Positions 1 to 11,766 of a stretch of 64,000 nt of DNA are shown here, in pieces. This DNA comes from Stramenopiles sp. TOSAG23-2 (Eukaryota). Under the pieces are notes generated by a model, which was not told where the DNA came from, made no database searches, and saw only the letters and a program-made list of their open reading frames with translations. The stretch is from assembly GCA_900128395.1 (NCBI GenBank), contig LT649234.1, positions 1 to 64,000 on the forward strand, written 5' to 3'. The position numbers were made by a program, and so were the translations under genes. Position 1 is the stretch's first letter; each line of letters begins with the position of its first letter.

Positions 1-458
1 TATATACCAGTATACTAATAACTATACCAAAAGTATTATGAATTATTATTATCATATTACATATTATATCACATTATCACAGAGCACAGTGTGGGAAAAC
101 GTAGATTTGGACCAGGAAATGCCTCTGGTGTCCAGAGAAGCACAGAGTGCCACAGCGAGATTTAGATTTTACGATTTTACATATTACGGTAATCGGTAAT
201 ATGTAATATACGAGTATTAATATTATTAGAATATTATAGTATTAGAGCTCCCAGAGCTACAGCAGCACCAACAGCTTTTATTTTTTTTTTTTTGTTGGGG
301 GAAATTTTAATATTTGAGATTTGCCTTTTTATGTTTTTTTTTGTTGGGGTTTTTTGGTGGGGGGGGGGGGGGGGAGGGGGGAGTGGGCGTCGTGTTTTTC
401 CAAGTGGGCCATGTTGATCGCAAACTATTTGTATATAAATAATATGCTTATTTATTGA

Positions 459-626
459 TATCACCTTGATAGTATTAATAAGAACGATGACTGGAGCTGG
501 ACTCCCTTGGACAGGGCATATCATAATAATGATAGTCCAATTCAGCAAGAGATTATTCAACGTATACGTTCAAAAGGTGGTAAACGTAAGAGGGAACTTT
601 ATATAAAAAACAAAAAACATGTATGA
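459..626 (+). pseudogene. C-terminal ankyrin-repeat fragment
   Basis: My translation (not in the ORF track) is YHLDSINKNDDWSWTPLDRAYHNNDSPIQQEIIQRIRSKGGKRKREL. It matches the ankyrin pattern IN..D..G.TPLD.A...EII.LL.SKG. It is preceded by an in-frame TGA and has no start codon. Confidence 0.55.
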
Positions 627-1068
627 TAAAAATAAATGATCTTCGTAAAAAATGAAACAAAAAATATTCGTTATAATATGCCATAATTTTACTCTTCTTG
701 TGGTAAATAATATGATATGCTCAATAACTCAATCTCAAGAATAATATTCTATCCTACTAGATATAGTGAAGCTCGAATGCACGTCTGCAAACTAATACGA
801 CTTCGTACTCCACATACATGAGTAGGTTTCTATCTTTCCGTGTTCGGAGTAAATGCACAAATCTAGTAAAAGACACCTACAAAAATCTAGTAAAAGATCT
901 ACAAAAATCTTTTCAACTTTCTTCAACATGGAATATCACCACACCACCACACCATTGTACATACTTGTACCGTAACCAGGTAACCCACATCATCAAAAAA
1001 ACTACCTCCAAAAATAAATAGAACATATCTCATTATATATATTATTCTCTTACTCATATATTATACGA

Positions 1069-1353
1069 AGCGTATAAATTTCTTTTACTCCCGGAAATTA
1101 ACATCTCAAATCAAAAATGATTTAAATACTCATTTATACCTACTTTTCATTCTTAAATGTATAAGGTTGTAGATCTGTTTCCTTTATCAATCTGTATTTA
1201 TATTACTATATATTATTTCTCTTACTCATAATATTATTATATTATTTCTCTTACCATATATAAAAATTTTCTCTTACTCATATAGCGTATAAATTTCTTT
1301 TACTCCCGGAAATTAACATCTCAAATCAAAAATGATTTAAATACTCATTTATA
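1069..1353. repeat. ~70-bp direct repeat, two copies (1069-1138 and 1284-1353)
   Basis: Identical AGCGTATAAATTTCTTTTACTCCCGGAAATTAACATCTCAAATCAAAAATGATTTAAATACTCATTTATA, interspersed with TTCTCTTACTCATATA motifs. Confidence 0.9.
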
Positions 1354-1526
1354 TAAACATTAGTAAATTGTTTAGTATTCAAAAGAGTCTTCCTCTGTCT
1401 GTGATTTAGAGTTAGGTAAAAAAGCTAATCCTTCATAAAGTTGTAAGTCACATCCTTTAATCAATCTGTATATATTAATATAATATATATAATATTTTAC
1501 CAGATTGTACAAAACCAATATCCTCT

Positions 1527-3053
1527 CTAACTCAACCACAAACCAATATTTTCTATTTCTTGTTCCCTTGCATTTAATAATTCTTTGGAATCATATAAAT
1601 CATCTCTAAAGCGAAGGTCTTGATGATGTGCACTATTTCTGATCATGATATGAAAAACACTCCCATCTGGGCTAGTTGCATTCATTGGAACGCCACCAAC
1701 AGACCAAGGGTCCTTGTCACCATCACTAAAAATCATATTTGTTGTATGTTTTACAATATCTTCACCATTGCCATATGCACGTAACATCCATAATTCTCTT
1801 GTCAACGTATTTGGATATCTTTCTCTACAAACTGCTTCCACCTCTTTAATCTGATCTTTGTCTTCAACATAAAAGCCATTCCCATCACTTGTTAGCGGTT
1901 CTAGAATCAATTGTGTACATGCTTGATAATTCCATGTTCGATAAATTGATCCCAACGATGGTTTTGACAATGATGAAGGAAATTGGTTGTAAAAATTGAC
2001 ACCACTACTGCCGCCTACCATTTCCATACTAATATTATGGCATTCTAATTGTCCAGTATAGTTTACAAACACATTTATTGCATCATTCATACCAGATAAT
2101 ATTTCATCAGCCTTTAACAATCGTTTGCATGCGACTTGTACAGGGTTTGCTGGCATGTTCGTCACAAACGTTGCTGCATATGGATAATCAAGCATCGCAA
2201 GAGTTGCCGCAGCACCTTTAAGATAAAACAACAATTTTGACACTTGATTAACTGTTGTTATTGGCTTACATACATTAAAGTAATTTGATAATGATTGGAA
2301 ATCAGTTGTTTTTGATACAATTTGAAATGCATCATCCAAAACCTTACCGCAAGTGGCATCACCATATTCTGTAAATACTGAAATAAATGAATCATAAAAT
2401 TCTTTTTCCTTATTTTCAGTTGGATAAATATCCACAGGTGCACTTGCAGCTAATGCACCAACACTGATATGTGGATATTTCAAACGATGCCAAGCTGCAA
2501 GCATCCCACCATAACTACCTCCGAATAAAACAACTTTGCAGGCATCTTTACTTTTCTCACATCCAAAAATACTTTCCTTATTAGATAAAAAAATTGTCGT
2601 ATCAGCAAGTGCTTGTTCAATAGTGAGATATCTTAAATCTTCCGCACTTAAAGATGATTTTGGTAATGACACCCCATAATACCTATGTTCTAAAAATACT
2701 AATAACGCATCGAATTTAGGTGCCATATCAAACATTGCACCACTGTTATTGTAAAAATCTTCAATTCCACCCTCATTTCCAAAATAAAAAAGGATTGGTC
2801 CTGTATTCTTTTTCCACCACTTATCATAAAATAAATATTTTTGTTGAAAAGTTAATGACCTATCATTGTTAGTATTACTGCTATAATATGAAAAATGATC
2901 AATTGTTTGGTTGAAATATTTTGTTGTTGGTGGGAATTCTTTTATCGTTCCTTTTGCACCACGTGGTATTGTTGTTGAAGCACCATTTGTTACCATACAA
3001 TATAATATAGCAATAATCAATATTAATATTATTATTGTTCTTTTCAACCTCAT
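1527..3053 (-). CDS. Serine carboxypeptidase S28 family (lysosomal Pro-X carboxypeptidase / DPP7-like)
   Basis: Signal/anchor helix, QTIDHF, GPILFYFGNEG, EHRYYG, EQALAD, GGSYGG nucleophile motif, DPW, AHHQDL. First ATG at 3053. Confidence 0.93.
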   Translation of the reverse strand: MRLKRTIIILILIIAILYCMVTNGASTTIPRGAKGTIKEFPPTTKYFNQTIDHFSYYSSNTNNDRSLTFQQKYLFYDKWWKKNTGPILFYFGNEGGIEDFYNNSGAMFDMAPKFDALLVFLEHRYYGVSLPKSSLSAEDLRYLTIEQALADTTIFLSNKESIFGCEKSKDACKVVLFGGSYGGMLAAWHRLKYPHISVGALAASAPVDIYPTENKEKEFYDSFISVFTEYGDATCGKVLDDAFQIVSKTTDFQSLSNYFNVCKPITTVNQVSKLLFYLKGAAATLAMLDYPYAATFVTNMPANPVQVACKRLLKADEILSGMNDAINVFVNYTGQLECHNISMEMVGGSSGVNFYNQFPSSLSKPSLGSIYRTWNYQACTQLILEPLTSDGNGFYVEDKDQIKEVEAVCRERYPNTLTRELWMLRAYGNGEDIVKHTTNMIFSDGDKDPWSVGGVPMNATSPDGSVFHIMIRNSAHHQDLRFRDDLYDSKELLNAREQEIENIGLWLS

Positions 3054-3657
3054 CAACAATTATTATTATTGGACTTACGAATAAATATTTTGTAGGACAA
3101 ACTTCAAAAAATTTTCAAGTTATGTACGTATCTATCATAAAACGTAACAAATATTTCTTTGTTATTGAATTAAATTGTATCTCTTTGCAAAGTTCTTGTC
3201 TACAATAATTATATACAGTAATACTACATATACTAGTAGGTTTGTGAAAAGTGTTGTTCCACTTGAAATTATAAAATATCTATCGATATGCTTGCCCGCT
3301 TGCGGGCTTGGCATCTTGCCTTAGGCTTGTTACTAATTTTTGTGTGTGTGTATCTTTTTTATATAAAATAATGTACCTCCTGTGTAGTAGTGCTGTAGTA
3401 AATAATAAAAAAAGTGGGCAAAATTTATAATAAACAATGCTGTGTAGTGTTAGTGTTAGTCCCACTTCTTCTTTCCAAAAATAAATAATAAACATACAAG
3501 CAGTTGCACAAGATAAAGAATTAGAATAAAAAAAGATATGCGCATAGCATCCTGGATGTACAACTAGGTATTTCTGTACATACCAAAAAAACGAAATGTG
3601 CAAAGAAAACAATTATACCAATTTTCATTCTACCACAACTTAATATACCGTAAAAAA

Positions 3658-4518
3658 ATGTCAAAAGCACGATTACGCCCAATGCAATTGTTTAATATGA
3701 GCGGAAAAGTATGCATAGTAACAGGTGCAAGTTCTGGATTAGGTGAAAGATTTGTACGTGTATTACATGCAGTAAATGCGTCTGTCGTTTGTTGTGCAAG
3801 GCGTTTAGATCGATTGCAACAATTACAAAAAGAATTAGGGACATCAAGGGTATTTGTTGTAAAGTGCGATGTCGCAATTAAAGAAGATCGTGATCATTTA
3901 ATTCAACAAACATTGGAACGTTTTCAACGAATTGATGTGTTAATAAATAATGCTGGTGTTAGCTTAGATGATGGGCAACCTGCTACAAAATTAAATAGTG
4001 AAACCTTTTTAAAAGTGATGAATATTAATGTCAATGCATTGTTTTTTTTATCCCAAGAGGTTGGTAATATTATGTTGAAACAGAAGAAGCACGATCCTAA
4101 TTCAAATGATGGCGTGATTGTCAATAATGCAAGCGTTCATGCATTTGGCGCATCAGCACCAAATTATAATTTGTCCTATAGCACATCAAAAGCAGCTGTT
4201 GTTAATATGTCACGTGAATTAGCAATTCAATGGGCTACCAGAGGTGTACGTGTTAATTGTTTAGCTCCTGGTTATTTTCCATCTGAAATACATACATCGG
4301 AAGCAATGCCAAAAAATATGACGTTAGAAAATGGGACTGTATTAGATGAAAAAGGTGAATTAAATCCATACAGCAAACATATCATGAGTAATATTAGTAT
4401 GAAGCGATTAGGAAAAGCTGATGAATTAGATGGAGCATTATTGTTTCTATGCAGTAATGCATCTTCATATGCTACTGGGATGGTATTACAAGTGGATGGT
4501 GGCTGGACACATTATTGA
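3658..4518 (+). CDS. Short-chain dehydrogenase/reductase (classical SDR)
   Basis: TGASSGLG, NNAG, YSTSK (YxxxK), VRVNCLAPG, VDGG. First ATG at 3658. Confidence 0.95.
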   Translation: MSKARLRPMQLFNMSGKVCIVTGASSGLGERFVRVLHAVNASVVCCARRLDRLQQLQKELGTSRVFVVKCDVAIKEDRDHLIQQTLERFQRIDVLINNAGVSLDDGQPATKLNSETFLKVMNINVNALFFLSQEVGNIMLKQKKHDPNSNDGVIVNNASVHAFGASAPNYNLSYSTSKAAVVNMSRELAIQWATRGVRVNCLAPGYFPSEIHTSEAMPKNMTLENGTVLDEKGELNPYSKHIMSNISMKRLGKADELDGALLFLCSNASSYATGMVLQVDGGWTHY

Positions 4519-5136
4519 ATATTATATATCATTTTTAGTGTGTAATGCGTGTTTTATGTACACTGGGATGGAAGACACACAACAAAAACGAGAGAGAATA
4601 TTTTTTATAACACACATATTATATATATACTTCGTATATTATAACATGATGAGATGTGTTGTTCCACTTGAAATTATAAAATATCTCATTGCTTGGTTAC
4701 TAATTTTTTAGTGTATCTTTTTTATAAATAATAAGGCAAAATTATCCTTTTTGTTTTCTCAACAACAGCAGTGCTGATGTGTGTAGTGTTTCCGAATAAA
4801 ATAGTAATATAAATACTGTAATATAATACAATACTAAAATATATACTTAATATTTTATCTGTGCCTACTCTACATGTATCAGTAAAATAGTGTTGTAGGT
4901 ACTTACGCACTTATAATTTAATACTGTACGTTAGGGAGCTCATTAATATATCTATCATGTATTATACACATGCTACCAGGTATGCACACATACTTTTTGT
5001 GAATACACATATTTTTGTTGCATTTATATTTTAAAATATATATATGTTAAAAAAATCATATTCATATATAGTGGCTTATCCTCCTTAAAAAGTTAGTTTT
5101 ATATTGCAATATTATTTAATTAAATACATATAGACA

Positions 5137-5907
5137 ATGGATAATAACAATAATAATAATAATAACAAGGAGGCATCGTCTACTAAAACAACAGTTTACG
5201 GTATTGAATTTTTTAAAAAAGAAAAGGAATCTGAAGCTAATAATAATAATATTTTTAGTACTGTTGAAAATCGTAAAAAATTAAAACCTATTAGCGATGG
5301 TGTAGAACCGTGTATACACAAGACCACACAGCCTGAATACAGTTTATTTAATCCTATTTTACATATGAAATTTCTTTCTTTTGATTTTTGTAACTTAGAT
5401 TATGTTCCTGATAATTTAAAAGATGTAACAGAATCTGGATTGAACCAAGTTGCGCTGGTTGCTGCTTTGCTTATGACAATTCAAGCACCTTTGATAATGG
5501 ATCTTGTGGAGACACCTGACTCAAATGCAATGAAAATACCAAGTGTAGCCATAGCCCTGGCAAGTTTTTTATTATTTTTTACCAGTCTATGCTTTAGTAT
5601 CTTTATGGTAGCAATGCTGGAATCATTCCAATCTCTTGACGAGGTAGCATTGTGGTTAAAACTTATTGGTTGGAGGGCAACTCTTCCACATTCACTATTT
5701 ATGGGTGGTCTATGGTTATGTGTAATGACAATGATGCTGTATTTGCTTTTAAAGGTGGGTGCATTATTTGCTCTTTATGCTGGGTCCGGGGTTATTTTAA
5801 TTTATTTGATTTTACATGCTCAGTTAGCGACAGCATTAAAAATGGTATATATGTCGAGAGAGAAAGTAAGGAAAGGGTGGAGGATTGATGATGGGGAAGA
5901 AGAATAA
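5137..5907 (+). CDS. Four-TM membrane protein of unknown function
   Basis: 256-aa ORF with four hydrophobic helices. The first (NQVALVAALLMTI) loosely resembles PGG-domain helix 1. Confidence 0.75.
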   Translation: MDNNNNNNNNKEASSTKTTVYGIEFFKKEKESEANNNNIFSTVENRKKLKPISDGVEPCIHKTTQPEYSLFNPILHMKFLSFDFCNLDYVPDNLKDVTESGLNQVALVAALLMTIQAPLIMDLVETPDSNAMKIPSVAIALASFLLFFTSLCFSIFMVAMLESFQSLDEVALWLKLIGWRATLPHSLFMGGLWLCVMTMMLYLLLKVGALFALYAGSGVILIYLILHAQLATALKMVYMSREKVRKGWRIDDGEEE

Positions 5908-6331
5908 AGAGAAATAAAAAAAGATAATATTAGCGAGATTGGAAACAACGAAGAGGTATTTTAATTTATCAGAATTAAGAAAGGGATCCAATGCAAAGAA
6001 ACAAAAAAGTAGCGAATGACATTTTTTAAATATTACCATTATTTTGACCGCATAATCGTACGTACAAACAAAAGTAATAATACGTATAATTTTATATATA
6101 AATATATATATATATCATAAATTATGCATTAATTAAATTATATCATATGATACTTTGTATGATATGTGTAAACTTAACAACTTTAATTATAATACGAAGT
6201 ATATGTGTAAATATTGAGAGAAAAAATCATTATATATATATCATATCATAGACACATTATTTACGAGCTACGCACTCAACACACATTTGCACTTCGTATA
6301 TATATAAAATCATCCTTCCAAGATCATACAT

Positions 6332-8152
6332 TCAATCTTGGTACATCTTTTTCTTATTTTCATCAAAAATATATTTCTTAAAATTCATTGTTAATTTCAT
6401 ATTTTTCTTTATTTTACTTGGATCATCAAACGATACTTTGACTTTTCCTGATTTTCCAAATGGCCCATCAATATTACCAACTTGATTTTCAGGTGAATTC
6501 AATTTCATATTTAAAAATCTTGTCATATCTGAATTTTTCTCAAACAAACTTTTTACAATCACTGTACCATTTTTATCAACACGATCAACAACGCCAGATC
6601 GTTGCTTTAATTTATATATTTTCAAAGCATCTTTCAACAACCCTGAATCTTTTCCAAGCGGTTGAATCAAACGACCATAAAATGCAATACGAAACGTAGC
6701 TGCATTTACATCCGTATCTAATCGTGATCCAATCAACAAGCTACCAACAGGGCACATGACGGGTCCATCAAATTCAATCAATGCCCATTGCCCACCTTTA
6801 CCACCTTGTTTTCCACCAAGCAATTCATCTTGATACAAATAATCATTATCCGCATTAAAATCATTTAATATAGTTGTCCCTCCTCCTTTACCTTTACCTT
6901 GTTGAAGTATAGCCAATTCTTTCGAACCGAAAAACGTCACAGTAGCCATAGCGGTAGTATGGCCAATAGAAATATGAATTTTAGTTTTTGAACGACATTT
7001 ACCTTTGAAAAAAAATGCTTTTACACGACGTACATGCGCAACTGCACTGTGAATGGATGGTACAGAACCAGGCGTTGCAACAAAACCACGCTCCATCGAT
7101 TTTGCATCTAATCCAGCTACACATATACCTAAGCGATCACCTTGAATAGCACTTTCAACAGGACGTCGAAACATTTGTATCGATTTAATTTTCTTTTCAA
7201 CTCGTAATGTTGGTAATTCCACTGTATCGTTAATTTGTAATCCACCTGATAATACCGTACCAGTTAATATCGTACCTTTACCTTTAATTGAAAAACAATG
7301 ATCAACTGCAAACAATAAATTACCATCTCCCGATCGTTGTGGTATTGATATTTTATCTTTTAATTCATCTACTAAAGTATTCATCCCAATAGAATCTAAT
7401 TTACTAACAACGCCACCATCTTTATCATCAACATTATTATCATTATTACCATCATCGGTATCCTTTTTCTTATCCTCATCAGTTGTTCCATCATCTAATG
7501 ATAATTTGTTATCCATATCACTTTTTAATCGATCTGCTTCTGTAACTGCTGCTCGTTTCTCACCACCAACTGCAGCAGCAACAGGTATCATGGAACAATT
7601 TGCAAATTTCGTTTTATTAAATACATTACTTAATTTTTTCTTTAAATTTTCAATAAATGTTTCACGTTTTTCTTTTTCGATTAAATCAATTTTATTTAAA
7701 ACAACTACAAGTTCTTGTGCATTTGAACATACTTCACCAATAATTAAACATTCTGCAGTTTGCATTTGTATTCCTTTGTTCACATCAATGACTAAAATCA
7801 TAATATCTATAATTTGCGCACCAGTGATCATAGTACGTATCAAAGAAGCATGACCTGGACAATCTACTAACGTAAATTGTAATTTATCATAATTATTTGC
7901 TATCTCTGGATTTTCTTTAATTAATTTCTCTGGTAACGTAGTTTTAAATGCAGAAAATCCAAGATCAAGTGTAATTCCTCGGCGTCTTGATTCTGGATGT
8001 TTATCCAATGACGCAGTGGATAATTGCGTACTCAATGCTTTGACTAGACTTGTTTTACCACTATCAACATGTCCTAATACACCAACATTGATATTTAATA
8101 TTCTTGGATCTTTTTTCTTTTTCTTTTTCTGTTCTGTTGCAATGCTTGCCAT
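6332..8152 (-). CDS. EEFSEC: Selenocysteine-specific elongation factor (eEFSec/SelB)
   Basis: NINVGVLGHVDSGKTS, RGITLDLGFS, DCPGHASLIRT, NKID, VDHCFSIKGKGT, GSRLD and C-terminal G.IDGPFGKSGK. Likely ATG at 8152. Confidence 0.93.
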   Translation of the reverse strand: MASIATEQKKKKKKDPRILNINVGVLGHVDSGKTSLVKALSTQLSTASLDKHPESRRRGITLDLGFSAFKTTLPEKLIKENPEIANNYDKLQFTLVDCPGHASLIRTMITGAQIIDIMILVIDVNKGIQMQTAECLIIGEVCSNAQELVVVLNKIDLIEKEKRETFIENLKKKLSNVFNKTKFANCSMIPVAAAVGGEKRAAVTEADRLKSDMDNKLSLDDGTTDEDKKKDTDDGNNDNNVDDKDGGVVSKLDSIGMNTLVDELKDKISIPQRSGDGNLLFAVDHCFSIKGKGTILTGTVLSGGLQINDTVELPTLRVEKKIKSIQMFRRPVESAIQGDRLGICVAGLDAKSMERGFVATPGSVPSIHSAVAHVRRVKAFFFKGKCRSKTKIHISIGHTTAMATVTFFGSKELAILQQGKGKGGGTTILNDFNADNDYLYQDELLGGKQGGKGGQWALIEFDGPVMCPVGSLLIGSRLDTDVNAATFRIAFYGRLIQPLGKDSGLLKDALKIYKLKQRSGVVDRVDKNGTVIVKSLFEKNSDMTRFLNMKLNSPENQVGNIDGPFGKSGKVKVSFDDPSKIKKNMKLTMNFKKYIFDENKKKMYQD

Positions 8153-9229
8153 GATGGTATGTATGTATATAGAGTATATCAATAAAATATCTTTCTTTAA
8201 TTATTATCTTTTACAAATTAATTTATTTTATATATATATATATATATAAATTTATATATATGAAAAAATCTCTATATATCTTTTCAATGAAATAAATGCA
8301 ATCTTTAGATACGAATGATACTGATGAAGAAGATATAAATAATAATAATAATACTAAGCATGTAGAAGGAGTATCCCTACAAACGTTTGTATCAATTGAA
8401 TGGCTATATATATTTGTAGAATGGGGTCTCAGGGGTGTAAATTCATTAATATTTTTAATATTTTTTCTTTCGTCGCGCATCATATTTTTTTTATTATGAT
8501 ACATATGATATACGGATATTTACATTCAATGCTATTTTGAAATATTTATCATTAGTTTTTGGTGTGTTAGTAAGGAAAAAAACACCCACGCCCTCGTACA
8601 TGCATTTATATAACCAATTATTATACTAGATATCAATTTTTAAGGAAAATAAATAACAAATTTCAAAGTATAAGAACATAATTTACATAAGATTCTTCAG
8701 TAGTTTTAATAGATTTTTTGTATACTTATTTATACTTGTATTAAAATATACATAGATTTAAAATGAATATTTGTGTAAGTACGCTAATTGATACTAAATA
8801 GAAATTTTTTATCTGCCATGCCTCTTCATTATTACGTAGAAAGACATTTCTTTTTTTTCTATATAGGAAACATGTGAAAAAATAGGTGTGAAATCTTCAT
8901 ATTGTGCTATTTGATGATGTAAATAAAAAATTTGATCGAAATAATCAAGGAACATTTTCATCGGTATCAATTGTCAATTATCTCCTTAAAGTTGCATTTA
9001 TGGAAACCATTGGAAAATGAGTAAATTTCAGCTTTCTACAATGATGATATGCACATATCAATGATTTCAATGTTTCATTTTTTACTCTTTTCATCTTTTA
9101 ACAGAATTTCGAATGGAAAAATTTGTTCAACATTGGATTTTTCACCAAACGTGCAAACCCTAAGGCAAATCTCCTCCTCTTTATATCTTTTTCAACTCCA
9201 TTTTTTTTTTAATTATTATTTTTTTTATT

Positions 9230-9669
9230 TAGAGTTATCGACATTAAAGATGGTGAATTTTTTTTTTTTTTTTTTTTTTTCAATTTTTTTTCCAGCCCTC
9301 TAGTATGGAAATAGCATTAATAGGATAAAAATACCATTACATGGACGATTTCAGGAAGGAGTTAAATTTTTCATTGTGCGTGTTTGTTGTTTTGAGTGAT
9401 TTTTTTCAACTTTTTTTTTCCAGCCCTCTAGTATGGAAATAGCATTAATAGGATAAAAATACCATTACATGGACGATTTCAGGAAGGAGTTAAATTTTTC
9501 ATTGTGCGTGTTTGTTGTTTTGAGTGAAAATTTAAATCCTTCCTGAAATCGTCCATGTAATGGTATTTACATCCTATTAATGCTATTTCCATACTAGAGG
9601 GCTGGAAAAAAAAAGTTGAAAAAAAAAAAAAAAAAAAAAAATTCACCATCTTTAATGTAGATAACTCTA
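9230..9669. mobile_element. Fold-back / MITE-like element with ~140-bp inverted arms and an internal 128-bp tandem duplication
   Basis: The left end TAGAGTTATCGACATTAAAGATGGTGAA..CCAGCCCTCTAGTATGG.. is the reverse complement of 9525-9669. The unit starting at 9292 is repeated at 9420. TA lies at both ends. Confidence 0.75.
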
Positions 9670-9753
9670 CTTACAACAAAAAATCTTTTTTTGAAAATTG
9701 AATTTAAATTAGTTTCATTAATACAAAATATATATTTATATTATATGTTTATA

Positions 9754-9930
9754 CTCATAATCAATAAGTTTTATAACCAAAGATAACTAGTAAATATAAG
9801 AATTGATATCACATCATACCATATCATATCTCTCCTCCAATTCTCATAATCAATAAGTTTTATAACCAAAGATAACTAGTAAATATAAGGATTGATATTT
9901 CATCATACCACATATCATATTCCTCCTCCA
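9754..9930. repeat. 89-bp-period tandem duplication upstream of CSN2
   Basis: CTCATAATCAATAAGTTTTATAACCAAAAGATAACTAGTAAATATAAG.. occurs at 9754 and 9843 with a few substitutions. Confidence 0.9.
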
Positions 9931-9989
9931 CACATTTATTGAATAATTTAACATAATATAATAATAATAAGACGGATTAAAACAATAAT

Positions 9990-11624
9990 ATGTCAGAAAG
10001 TGAAGAATATGATTTTGAATATTCAGAGGAAGAGGAAGAATTAGATGATAATGAAGTTTTGTTGGAAAATTTATATTATGATTCAAAATCTATATTGGAT
10101 GAGGAAAAAGATAAAGCTATCAATGGATTTCGTAAAATAGTAGAAATGGAAGAAGAACCAGGAAATTGGAGTTTTAAAGCATTGAAAAAATTATGTAAAA
10201 TATATTGCCTTAGCTTTGAAAATGACAAATTAATATCAACATATGAGGAACTATTGCAATTAATAAAAAAAGATGTTGTAACACGTGCCGTTTCTGAAAA
10301 AGGAATTAATTCTATTTTAAATAAATTACAAAATAAAACAAATCTTATTAAAAAATCAAATCATGTACATGACATTAAAAACTTATTGCAACAACAGCAA
10401 GAAGAAAATGCAACGAAAAAAGCAAATGGTAACTCTATTGCAAATGGAAATACAAAGACCACAACGACTAGTAGTGCTGGACAGACGTTTGAAAAAATAT
10501 ATGAATTAACATTACAAACTGCAAGAGAAATTAGGAACGATAGATTATGGTTAAAAACATATTTAACACTTGGTAATTTATATGCTGAAATAAGGGAATT
10601 TGATAAATTAATTATTGTATTAAGAAATTTACATAATGCACATGAAGATGCAAAAGAAAATAATAAAAAGAAAAATGCAGATGGAATTATTATAAATAGT
10701 AGTACTACTACTAACAACAACAACAACAACAAAAACAGCACGAATAATAATGATAATAGTAATAATATAAATACAAATAATTCAAAACAAGTAAATGAAA
10801 AAAATATACTAAGTCTTGAAGTATTTACTGGTACTATTGTTTTAGAAATACATGCATTACAAATTTTATTATATACGGCACAAAAAGACAATATTAAATT
10901 AAAATCATTATATGAAAAAGCATTACAAATACGAGGAACGGTACCACATCCAAGGATTTTAGGTGTAATTAGAGAATGTGGTGGTAAAATGCATATGCGA
11001 GAAAAATTATGGGATTCAGCACGTCGAGATTTTTTCGAAGCATTTAAATCCTATGATGAAGCTGGTGATCCATCCCGTATTCGATGTTTAAAATATCTAG
11101 TATTAGCAAATATGTTAATGGGTTCAAAAATAAATCCATTTACAAGTCAAGAAGCGAAACCATACGAGTTTCATCCTGAAGTAAAAGCTATGACAAAACT
11201 TGTAAAGGCATATGATAGTAATGAAATACAAAAATTTGAATCTATATTGAAAAAAAATAGAAAATCTATTTTAGAGGATGATTTCATCAAACTTTATGTA
11301 GAAGAATTATTACAAACAGTCCGTATCAAAGTCATTAAAAAAACTATCAAGCCATATAATAGTATTCGTGTAAGTTATTTATCATCAATTTTAAGCATTG
11401 AAGAGAATTCATTATATGAATTATTATTAACATCGATAATGGATGGTGTAATAAAATGTAAAATTGATCAAGTAAATGGAATATTAATATTTAATGATAG
11501 GCATGATGTGAAAACGCAACCAAATGCTCGCGACGAAGCATTAATTGCATGGACAAAAGCATTAAAGAAACATAGTAAATTATTATCGAATCGATCACAT
11601 AATTTAGTAATGACAAAATATTGA
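9990..11624 (+). CDS. COPS2: COP9 signalosome subunit 2
   Basis: Acidic N-terminus (YDFEYSEEE), LENLYY, W.FKALK, NDRLWLKT, PHPRILGVIRECGGKMHM, DFFEAFKSYDEAG, LKYLVLANMLM, and a PCI domain. Confidence 0.95.
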   Translation: MSESEEYDFEYSEEEEELDDNEVLLENLYYDSKSILDEEKDKAINGFRKIVEMEEEPGNWSFKALKKLCKIYCLSFENDKLISTYEELLQLIKKDVVTRAVSEKGINSILNKLQNKTNLIKKSNHVHDIKNLLQQQQEENATKKANGNSIANGNTKTTTTSSAGQTFEKIYELTLQTAREIRNDRLWLKTYLTLGNLYAEIREFDKLIIVLRNLHNAHEDAKENNKKKNADGIIINSSTTTNNNNNNKNSTNNNDNSNNINTNNSKQVNEKNILSLEVFTGTIVLEIHALQILLYTAQKDNIKLKSLYEKALQIRGTVPHPRILGVIRECGGKMHMREKLWDSARRDFFEAFKSYDEAGDPSRIRCLKYLVLANMLMGSKINPFTSQEAKPYEFHPEVKAMTKLVKAYDSNEIQKFESILKKNRKSILEDDFIKLYVEELLQTVRIKVIKKTIKPYNSIRVSYLSSILSIEENSLYELLLTSIMDGVIKCKIDQVNGILIFNDRHDVKTQPNARDEALIAWTKALKKHSKLLSNRSHNLVMTKY

Positions 11625-11766
11625 GGAGGGGAGACGGGAAAAAGAGATCGTGTGTAAAAAAAATATAAAAAAATATTTTATAATATTCGTACTAGTTTAT
11701 ATGTTAAGAGTCTTTTATAAAAAATACATCATATGATATTATGTCGTCCGTCGTACGAATATTTTT

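Noticed and set aside
234-560. 108-aa minus-strand ORF with poly-Pro/poly-Lys
   Set aside because: It is a product of G and T homopolymer runs; the plus strand gives the better (ankyrin) reading.
8296-8499. 67-aa ORF with acidic/Asn-rich start
   Set aside because: It is short, degrades into T-rich sequence and shows no family motif.
8820-9201. Possible decayed minus-strand ORF (EEEICLRVCTFGEKSNVEQIFPFEILLK...)
   Set aside because: It has multiple stops and no recognisable motif.
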